Shown here piece after piece: positions 24,783-31,583 of a stretch of 44,997 nt of DNA. Location: positions 1,543 to 46,539 of the forward strand of contig CAZTXA010000002.1 of assembly GCA_964617945.1 (NCBI GenBank). Reading direction: 5' to 3'. Source of the DNA: an uncultured archaeon. GTDB taxonomy: Archaea > Nanohalarchaeota > Nanosalinia > Nanosalinales > Nanohalalkaliarchaeaceae. A model generated the notes under the pieces. That model saw nothing but the letters and a program-made list of their open reading frames with translations. It searched no databases and had not been told where the DNA came from. The position numbers were made by a program, and so were the translations under genes. Numbering within the stretch: the first letter of the stretch is position 1; each line of letters opens with the position of its first letter.

Positions 24783-25363
24783 CAGTTTCCACCTCCGTTC
24801 TCTTCCTCGTCTGCTGCTTCTGCTTCTTCCACATCTTCCTCGATCCATTCCAGTTTGCCGAGGCCGGGCTGCCGCATCGTCAGGTTGATCTTGTGGTTGT
24901 CCTCATCGCCCAGGCTCACGGCGGTGATCCGGGCCTTGACAACATCGCCTTCCGACAGGACACGGTCACCGTCCTCGCCGGACAGCTGGTTCTGCTCTTC
25001 GTTATATGATACGTAGTCGTCCATGATCTGGGAGACGTGGCAGAGTGCCTCGACCGGGCCGAGCGAGACGAACGCACCGAACTCCGTTATCTCGGAGACC
25101 TCGCCGAGCACGACCTCGTGCAGCTCCGGCAGGTAGGTCAACGCGTCGCACGTCACCGGGTAGTACGCGCCTGCCTCCTCGGGGGCGATATCGCCTTCCC
25201 CGATGTCCTCGATGGAGAGGAGGGCGACGATCGACCCGATATCCTCGTCCAGTTTCCCGTCGTACTGTTTCCTGAGGCTTTCCCGCACCGACTCCTCGAC
25301 ATCGGCGCCGAGCAGCTGTGGTGGGACTTTCACCCGGTCCCGGAACGTTACTTGGTAAAACAT
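24782..25363 (-). CDS. rpoE: RNA polymerase subunit E'/Rpo7 (S1 domain)
   Basis: Start trimmed to ATG 25363: MFYQVTFRDRVKVPPQLLG...GEVSEITEFGAFVSLGPVEALCHVSQI (S1 fold). Conserved rpoE'-spt4 order. Confidence 0.9.
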   Translation of the reverse strand: MFYQVTFRDRVKVPPQLLGADVEESVRESLRKQYDGKLDEDIGSIVALLSIEDIGEGDIAPEEAGAYYPVTCDALTYLPELHEVVLGEVSEITEFGAFVSLGPVEALCHVSQIMDDYVSYNEEQNQLSGEDGDRVLSEGDVVKARITAVSLGDEDNHKINLTMRQPGLGKLEWIEEDVEEAEAADEEENGGGN

Positions 25364-25896
25364 TATGCAGACCTCCGCTGGTACAGGTCGACTGAGTGTT
25401 CGACCGCGTTTATCGCGTCGTCGCGTCCGTCCCACCCGTTGACCGACACTTGTTTCTCTTCCTCCAGGTCCTTATACGTCGCGAAGAAGTGCGCGATCTC
25501 GTCCCGCACCTGCTGCGACACGTCCTCCTTGCCCTGGATATCGTCAAAGGCAGGGTCTTCAGCCGGCACCGCCAGGATCTTGTCGTCCTTCTCCCCGTCG
25601 TCCATCATCCGCATCAGCGCGACCGGACGCGCCTCGATCGCGCAGCCGGGGAACGTCTCCTCGTTCATCAGGACGATGATGTCCATCGGGTCGCCGTCGT
25701 CGTATAGTGTCTGCGGGATAAACCCGTACTCGCCCGGGTAGTGCATCGGCGAGTGCAGCACCCGGTCCAGTGCATACCGCGACAGCTCCTTGGAATACTC
25801 GTACTTGTTCCTGCTTCCCTTCGGGATCTCGATCAGCGCCCAGACGACCTCAGGGACGTCAGGCCCTGTCGGGAGATCATGCCAGTCATCGTTCAT
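25363..25896 (-). CDS. ppa: Inorganic pyrophosphatase (family I)
   Basis: IEIPKGSRNKYEY, DGDPMDIIVL and DDGEKDDKILAV, which are the canonical PPase active-site motifs. Confidence 0.95.
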   Translation of the reverse strand: MNDDWHDLPTGPDVPEVVWALIEIPKGSRNKYEYSKELSRYALDRVLHSPMHYPGEYGFIPQTLYDDGDPMDIIVLMNEETFPGCAIEARPVALMRMMDDGEKDDKILAVPAEDPAFDDIQGKEDVSQQVRDEIAHFFATYKDLEEEKQVSVNGWDGRDDAINAVEHSVDLYQRRSA

Positions 25897-25961
25897 CCGC
25901 TATACACCTTATTCACCAGTTGCAGCCGCTGAAACCTGTGTTCCCGTCTCCGCTCGTACTT

Positions 25962-26345
25962 TTAAAAAGGTAGTGACGCGTCGAGATTTTCCCCTTCGAG
26001 GTAGCTGCGCTGCCGGAGATACACATAGGGGAGGTTCCGCTCTGAGAGGTGCTGCCGCACCTCGCGGTCGTTCGTGCACACGACGTACTCGCCGGCCAGC
26101 TCTACGAGCACTGCGTCAACAGGGGAGTCGGACTCGTGGGAGATGACCGTGATATCTGTCTCCTCGACGAGCCGTTCAACCCGTTGCCGGTATTTCCCGT
26201 CCTCCAGGTCCCGTGCCTCGTTGTACGTCCGGTTCAGCGTGTACACGTCCACGTCCCCGAGCAGCCGCTCCAGCTCTCCGAATATGTCCACGCTGTGCTG
26301 GAAGGGCAGCACAAGAAAGTTCGCGTCCAGCAACGCCTTCGTCAT
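25962..26345 (-). CDS. PIN-domain nuclease (archaeal Fcf1/Utp24-like, COG1412 type)
   Basis: 127 aa. Motifs LLDANFLV, the acidic ITVISHESDSPVD, and VCTNDREVRQ near the C-terminus, as in Fcf1-like PIN proteins. The position next to the rpoE'/spt4 cluster is common in archaea. Confidence 0.7.
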   Translation of the reverse strand: MTKALLDANFLVLPFQHSVDIFGELERLLGDVDVYTLNRTYNEARDLEDGKYRQRVERLVEETDITVISHESDSPVDAVLVELAGEYVVCTNDREVRQHLSERNLPYVYLRQRSYLEGENLDASLPF

Positions 26346-26369
26346 AGGAGTGGGAACGACCCGAATTCT

Positions 26370-26828
26370 TTAACCCATACCGAGTAACCGCCGGAGAAAT
26401 GCCAGTACCGATCCCCCGGTATTGCCGCGGACGCGTACAATCATCGTTGCCTCAGACCGTTTCCCTGTTGTATCCGAGGAGACACTGACCATGAACTGGG
26501 AGCTTCCTGCCTCCACCCCTTCGATATTGAACTCGAGGTCACGTTCCTCGCCGGGGTCGAGGATCACCTGACAGATATCCGTCTCCTCCGAGCAGTGCAC
26601 CCCGTCGGCGTCGCCAGGGAGATTGACATCCACGATCCCTGTCGAGACTGCCGGCCCGTTGAACTCCACGGACACCACATCCGCGACCTGTAACGGGTTC
26701 GACACTGACGCGGTGAGCGTGTCCTGCCCGCCGACAGTGATCTGTCGCGCGTCCTGCGCAGCTGCAGCGGTGAGCGCGATGAGAAGGACTGCCACGGCAA
26801 GCCCGAGGACGCCGGTCGCAGACCGCAT
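26370..26828 (-). CDS. Secreted/anchored small beta-rich protein, function unknown
   Basis: N-terminal signal-like segment MRSATGVLGLAVAVLLIALTAAAAQD, then a roughly 110-aa beta-strand-type sequence. TATA-like TATTTAAAC lies about 25 nt upstream of the ATG. Confidence 0.5.
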   Translation of the reverse strand: MRSATGVLGLAVAVLLIALTAAAAQDARQITVGGQDTLTASVSNPLQVADVVSVEFNGPAVSTGIVDVNLPGDADGVHCSEETDICQVILDPGEERDLEFNIEGVEAGSSQFMVSVSSDTTGKRSEATMIVRVRGNTGGSVLAFLRRLLGMG

Positions 26829-26872
26829 ACCTAATCCAGACGAATCCTCGGTTTAAATAGCTACGGTATCTG

Positions 26873-27925
26873 CTATCCCAGGTAGTCCTGGTTCACGGTC
26901 TCACAGGCGGTTATGTGGTTCTCTCGGCTGATAGCTGTCCCGGAGGAAACACTGTCAACATCGTCGAACCCGATCTTCCCCGTGTACAGCGCATCCGCCA
27001 CCGCGGGGTTCTCGGCGATCCGCCGGTAGCCCTGGAAATAGATGTGGTCCTTGACGAACCCGCCTGGCTGCGCCGTATCCGGTATCCCCCGTTTCACACG
27101 GTACGTCCGGATGTACGCTGCACGCCCGTCCAGCCCGAGGTCCCGCATCGCCTGGTACAGGTCGTGGAACCCGTCGCCGATACGGTCGACGGCGAGCACC
27201 CGCGCAGTGATCTTGGGCAGGGAAACGTGCAGTACGTCCATCGCCGCCTCGTTGAACGTTGCCAGTCCCTCCTCCGCGGCCTCGTATCCCGCGGTGCCGT
27301 ACATCAGTGCGGTCGTGCCGGTCGCGCGACCGTTCACAGCGCGGACGGCGTGCGTGGACTCGTGCACCAGCAACCGCTTCGCCCCGTCAACGGTGTACGA
27401 CTTGTCCTGTGGTACGAGGATGCGGGACTCGTGCGGACTGTTCCGGATGATCTCATTGTCGCCCATCGACGCCGCGTAGTCGACACCGAGCCGGTCGAAC
27501 AGTGCGTTGAACGCTTCCGTCACCACCTCGCTCTGGATAGATTCTGTGCCTGTATCGTCTGGCGGGGTGAACTGGTCCCGCGCCGCTGCGACGAGGTCAG
27601 TGGATGGCGACCCGTAGTGCTCCCCCGACATTGCTGTGAGTTCTCCCGTCCCGATCGCCGCTATCATGCGGTGCCGGGACCGCAGCCCCGCGACAAGGCG
27701 CTCCTCGAGAACGGTCTCTGCACTGTCCTCCAGCTCCGCCAGCGCTCCTGCGACCTCCTCGTCCTGGTCAAAGTCCCGGTACCGGTACGACGGCGTGTAC
27801 GTCCTCCCGTCTTCGACAGCGGCCATGAACTGCTCCCGCTCCTCCGCAGCATTCACCGGCTGCAGGTAGTGGTACAGGTCAAGCATCGCATCCAGGTCTG
27901 CGACAGTATCCTGCGGCAGCGCCAT
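26873..27925 (-). CDS. DUF1704-family metallopeptidase (QEGLA-motif / MATCAP-type gluzincin carboxypeptidase-like)
   Basis: 350 aa. Zinc motif LLVHESTHAVRAVNG, the downstream family motif AAEEGLATFNEA (QEGLA-like), and RVKRGIPD..GGFVKDHIYFQG. Confidence 0.75.
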   Translation of the reverse strand: MALPQDTVADLDAMLDLYHYLQPVNAAEEREQFMAAVEDGRTYTPSYRYRDFDQDEEVAGALAELEDSAETVLEERLVAGLRSRHRMIAAIGTGELTAMSGEHYGSPSTDLVAAARDQFTPPDDTGTESIQSEVVTEAFNALFDRLGVDYAASMGDNEIIRNSPHESRILVPQDKSYTVDGAKRLLVHESTHAVRAVNGRATGTTALMYGTAGYEAAEEGLATFNEAAMDVLHVSLPKITARVLAVDRIGDGFHDLYQAMRDLGLDGRAAYIRTYRVKRGIPDTAQPGGFVKDHIYFQGYRRIAENPAVADALYTGKIGFDDVDSVSSGTAISRENHITACETVNQDYLG

Positions 27926-27946
27926 ACACTACCTGTCAGGCCGGAG

Positions 27947-27957
27947 TTTACATAAAT
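27947..27957. promoter_or_regulatory. Shared bidirectional TATA-like element between the divergent DUF1704 and ATP-grasp genes
   Basis: TTTACATAAAT is centred at 27952, exactly 27 nt from ATG 27925 (minus strand) and 27 nt from GTG 27979 (plus strand). It is the only AT-rich element in the 53-nt spacer. Confidence 0.45.
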
Positions 27958-27978
27958 GGTCGGTCGCCACGTGTACGT

Positions 27979-28854
27979 GTGACGATGCGTATCGGTGTGG
28001 CAGGGACGGACCGGCAATATGAAGAGGAAGGGATCGTGGCGGAACTCGAGGACCGGGGGCATGACGCAGTGTTCATCGACCCCGCCGATGTCTCCTATCT
28101 CCTGACCGGCGGAGAACTGACGGTGCGGTACCGGGGGCAGAGCCTGAACGACCTCGACCTCCTGTACATGCGCCGCACCCGGTTCGACGTGGAGGCCAGC
28201 CGCGACCTCGTCGCCGCAGTCGACACGCTCGGCATCCCGACAGTGGAGAAGAAAGCGGTGTTCTTCAACCCGCTGTCAAAGTTCTACAGCCTGCTCAGCT
28301 TCGTCGGCGCAACAGTGGACGACGTGGAGATCCCGGCGACGGCAGTGGTCCGGGAGGAAGGAGAGGCGGGTCCGATCGCCGGCGCCATCAGCTATCCCTT
28401 GATCGTCAAACCTGTGAGCGGCCGTGAAGGAGAGGGCGTGACACGGATCGACGAACGGGAAGAACTCGAAGCCGCACTCGACGAGGCCGAATTCCCTGTG
28501 TTGCTGCAGGAATATATCGAGATCGAGGACGAATACCGCGTCCTTGTGGTCGGCGACGAACCGCTCGGCACCGCTGTAAAAAAGGCCGAGGAAGGAGCCG
28601 AGACCCGGAACTATGCGCAGGGGGCGGAGTTCGCGGCGGTCGACGCGCCTGCGGTCGAACGGGCCGCGGTCGCGATCGCTGACCTGATGGAGATAGAGGT
28701 CGCCGGCGTCGACATCGTGGAGGCGGCCGACGGCACCCTGTACGAGATCGAATGTAACCGCTGTCCACAGTTCGAAGGGTTCGCCGAGGCACACCCCGAT
28801 GTCGATGTGCCCGGCCGTATCGTCGACTACCTGGAGGGACGTGCCGGGACATAA
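27979..28854 (+). CDS. RimK-family ATP-grasp ligase (paralog 1)
   Basis: YPLIVKPVSGREGEGV (K plus Gly loop), LLQEYIE, DEYRVLVVG, RNYAQGAE, VAGVDIVE...LYEIECN. This is the full RimK/LysX-type motif set. The start is GTG 27979 or ATG 27985. Confidence 0.8.
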   Translation: MTMRIGVAGTDRQYEEEGIVAELEDRGHDAVFIDPADVSYLLTGGELTVRYRGQSLNDLDLLYMRRTRFDVEASRDLVAAVDTLGIPTVEKKAVFFNPLSKFYSLLSFVGATVDDVEIPATAVVREEGEAGPIAGAISYPLIVKPVSGREGEGVTRIDEREELEAALDEAEFPVLLQEYIEIEDEYRVLVVGDEPLGTAVKKAEEGAETRNYAQGAEFAAVDAPAVERAAVAIADLMEIEVAGVDIVEAADGTLYEIECNRCPQFEGFAEAHPDVDVPGRIVDYLEGRAGT

Positions 28855-28873
28855 TCCCGGGGCAGTGGTGGAT

Positions 28874-29935
28874 ATGGCTGGAAAGGAGAAGCGACGCCTT
28901 GTCTCGTTCAAGATCTGGGACAGGGACGATCAACGGACAGAACACCACGTCCTGGAGGAATACGTCGTGGAGGGTGCAGGCGATGGCCCACACGTCGTCT
29001 GTGTCTCCGGTTCTCACGGCGACGAACTCCTTGCGATCGATGCCGCAAAACGGGTGTACCGCGAGCTCGACCCTGAAGACGTGGACGGAACGGTCTCGTT
29101 CATCCCCGAAGCGAACATGTTCGCGGTCGCGAAGGGAACCCGGGAGACGCCGGTCCCGGAAGTGGAGATATACGAGGACGAGGAACGCAACCTGAACCGG
29201 TGCTTCAGCAACGTCGACCTCGACGAAGAACCTGGTGGGAACATCACGGAACGCCTCGCCTATCACATCCTCGACCTGGTCGTCTCTGCGGACTACTGTC
29301 TGGACCTGCATACTGCGACCGCGCCAGGCTACAAGGTGGACCAGATCCGCGAAAAAGCAGACCGGCACGTGGACGCGGAGGTCCGCAGCGAGCAGGAGAA
29401 CCTTGTGCGGAACGCCGGCGTCCCGTACATCCTCCGAACCTCCACCGACACGATCGGGAGGGGCGTGCTGTCCGGGGTCGCACCGCGGCACGGCGTCCCA
29501 GCGGTCACGGTCGAGATCGGCGGTGGGATGTATACGCCGACAGAACTCGACGAATACGTCGACGTGATACAGAACCTGCTGATCACTGCCGGCGTCATCG
29601 ACGGCGACCGGACGACCGGTGAGCAGCAGGTGTACCAGGAGCTGGTGAAGATATCTGCACCGACCGCCGGCGAATATAGGAAGGCCGCGCCGCCCGGCGA
29701 GACCGTCTCCCGCGGCGATGTCATCGGCCAGATCGAGAACGATTCCGGTGTGCACGAGGTGGTAAGCCCTGTCGACGGCCTGGTGGAGTCGGTGCACCAG
29801 AAGGACTGGGTGAACGAGGGTACGAAACTCGGCCACATCGCGGTCCCGGAAGATACAGGGATGGTGGCAGACCTTGTCAGAGCCCTCTCTCGGACGCTCG
29901 ACGGGTTGCTTGCGCGTGCACGTACTCCATCATGA
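28874..29935 (+). CDS. Succinylglutamate desuccinylase/aspartoacylase-family (AstE/AspA, M14-like) zinc hydrolase
   Basis: Start trimmed to ATG 28874. Zinc ligand motifs VSGSHGDE (HxxE) and YCLDLHTA (third His), NLNRCF, plus a C-terminal beta-domain (GDVIGQIEN...VSPVDGLV). Confidence 0.75.
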   Translation: MAGKEKRRLVSFKIWDRDDQRTEHHVLEEYVVEGAGDGPHVVCVSGSHGDELLAIDAAKRVYRELDPEDVDGTVSFIPEANMFAVAKGTRETPVPEVEIYEDEERNLNRCFSNVDLDEEPGGNITERLAYHILDLVVSADYCLDLHTATAPGYKVDQIREKADRHVDAEVRSEQENLVRNAGVPYILRTSTDTIGRGVLSGVAPRHGVPAVTVEIGGGMYTPTELDEYVDVIQNLLITAGVIDGDRTTGEQQVYQELVKISAPTAGEYRKAAPPGETVSRGDVIGQIENDSGVHEVVSPVDGLVESVHQKDWVNEGTKLGHIAVPEDTGMVADLVRALSRTLDGLLARARTPS

Positions 29936-30770
29936 CCGCCGGGAGATCGGCGCCGACCGCCTCCTGCGTCTCCGCAGGGACGCCGGGCGACATGTTAAGC
30001 TCGATCACATACGCGTCCTCCTCTGTCTGGATCATGTCGACCCCGCAGATATCGAAACCGGCCAGGTGCGCTGCTGTTACCGCGGCCTCCCGCACCTCCT
30101 CGGGCGCGTCATACTCCTGACGGTTCGCCCCCTGCGACACGTTTGACCGCCACTCCTCCTCCCCGGTCGCCACCCGCTTGTATGAATAGGTCTTGTCCCC
30201 TACCACGATCACCCGGATGTCCTCACCCGGATGGTCGACGAACTCCTGCAGGCATACATCCTGCTCGAACAGGGTCAGCGTGTCCACGAACGGGCCGAGA
30301 TCAGACGCTGTCGATGCCCGCATCACGCCTTCACCGCCGTACCCGGAGATGAGTTTGATGACGACAGGGTATCCGAAGTCTTCTGCGCCCCGCTTCGTCT
30401 CCTCGGTCGACAGCACATACGCTGACCGTGGAACACTGACGCCGCCGTCTGCCAGTACTTTCATCGCGTAGAACTTGTTGGACGCGATGGTCAGCGAGTC
30501 GGGATCCACCTGCGTGTACACGCCGTTGTCGATAAGGATCTCCGGGATTTCCTCGCTGAACAGCATATCGCTCCCGAATACACGGATGAACGCGGCGTCG
30601 AACTCCGACAGGTCAGTATTCCCGTATTTTATCGTGGCCCCGTCCTCGGTGTCCACCATCCGGGTACCGGTGACGGGGACGGCCGTGACCGTGTCGAAAT
30701 ACTGTTCAGCGGCCTCGATAAACAGGTCGTGCTGGGTAGACGTCTCGCCGTACAGGATGCAGAGATCCAT
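29877..30770 (-). CDS. RimK-family ATP-grasp ligase (paralog 2)
   Basis: YPVVIKLISGYGGEGV, CLQEFVD, EDIRVIVVG, WRSNVSQGA, ICGVDMIQ...YVIELNMSPG. The 3' end overlaps the convergent AstE/AspA-like gene by 59 nt. Confidence 0.85.
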   Translation of the reverse strand: MDLCILYGETSTQHDLFIEAAEQYFDTVTAVPVTGTRMVDTEDGATIKYGNTDLSEFDAAFIRVFGSDMLFSEEIPEILIDNGVYTQVDPDSLTIASNKFYAMKVLADGGVSVPRSAYVLSTEETKRGAEDFGYPVVIKLISGYGGEGVMRASTASDLGPFVDTLTLFEQDVCLQEFVDHPGEDIRVIVVGDKTYSYKRVATGEEEWRSNVSQGANRQEYDAPEEVREAAVTAAHLAGFDICGVDMIQTEEDAYVIELNMSPGVPAETQEAVGADLPAVMMEYVHAQATRRASERGL

Positions 30771-30773
30771 AGG

Positions 30774-31583
30774 TCAGTCCTCCAGCATCTCGGCCACGTT
30801 TCCGTACACGTTTTTACCGCTGACCTCGTGGAACCGTTCCAGGTCCGGGTCGAGCGCCGCGTCCACCACGGTGTCCCCGACCAGGCGGACCCGGCAGATA
30901 TCGGCGCCGATCGAGGTGGCGGCCTCGACCACTACCTCCTCCAGCTCCGAGGAGATGGAGTGGTAGGACTCGCTCGCGTCGCCGCTCCGTTTCCGCCACC
31001 CCTCTCCTTCCAGGCTGAGCGAGACGACGGTGCCGTCGATGTAGAGGCAGTCGTACACATCCCCCTCGACCTTCTCCTGGAGCACGAGGAAGTGGTCGCC
31101 GTGATCAAGGTGTTCCGCGAACGATGACAGCTCGTCCTCGGATTCCAGGAGGCTCATATCCCGCCGCTCGAACCCCTCGAACTTCTTCCCGATCAACGGG
31201 TAGGACAGGTCTTCCTCTAGCCCTGACACACCGTTCTCTGTTGACACGGTCGCGGTCGGTGGGATCGGAACGTCACGCTCCGACAGGACGTGGTAGAGAT
31301 AGCTCTTCTTCGCGAGGATGAAGAACGCTGTCGGACCGATGTTCGTCGTGATATCGCGGTCGATCAGTGTCTCCAGGAGGACGCGGGAGAAGATCGCGAT
31401 CCGTGTGTTCGGCGCCAGGTACAGCGCGTCGTAGGAATCTACCGGCTCCCCGTCGACGAGGACCTCTGTCTCCTCTCCCGCAACGATCCGTGTGTCGGCG
31501 ACGGACGCCTGGTCGACCGTATCGATATGTTCCTGCAACCGGTCGACGAGCGTGTCGTCGTCAGTTATCGTCAGAAGGTTCAT
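30774..31583 (-). CDS. Divergent RimK-like ATP-grasp paralog (paralog 3), probably catalytically degenerate
   Basis: Same length and collinear with paralog 2 (YPLIGKKFEGFERRDM; LVLQEKVEG; ICRVRLVGD...VVDAALDPD). The Gly-rich loop and the E-x-N Mg/ATP ligand motif are not conserved. The start overlaps the upstream gene by 23 nt, and the stop lies 3 nt from the paralog 2 ATG. Confidence 0.55.
   Translation of the reverse strand: MNLLTITDDDTLVDRLQEHIDTVDQASVADTRIVAGEETEVLVDGEPVDSYDALYLAPNTRIAIFSRVLLETLIDRDITTNIGPTAFFILAKKSYLYHVLSERDVPIPPTATVSTENGVSGLEEDLSYPLIGKKFEGFERRDMSLLESEDELSSFAEHLDHGDHFLVLQEKVEGDVYDCLYIDGTVVSLSLEGEGWRKRSGDASESYHSISSELEEVVVEAATSIGADICRVRLVGDTVVDAALDPDLERFHEVSGKNVYGNVAEMLED

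Noticed and set aside
28406-29836. 476-aa minus-strand ORF inside the ATP-grasp/AstE region. Other long antisense ORFs such as 9845..10837, 11948..13036, 26915..27955, 16584.. and 2384..3334 are similar.
   Set aside because: The opposite-strand ORFs carry complete family motifs. These frames stay open only because high GC content depletes stop codons.
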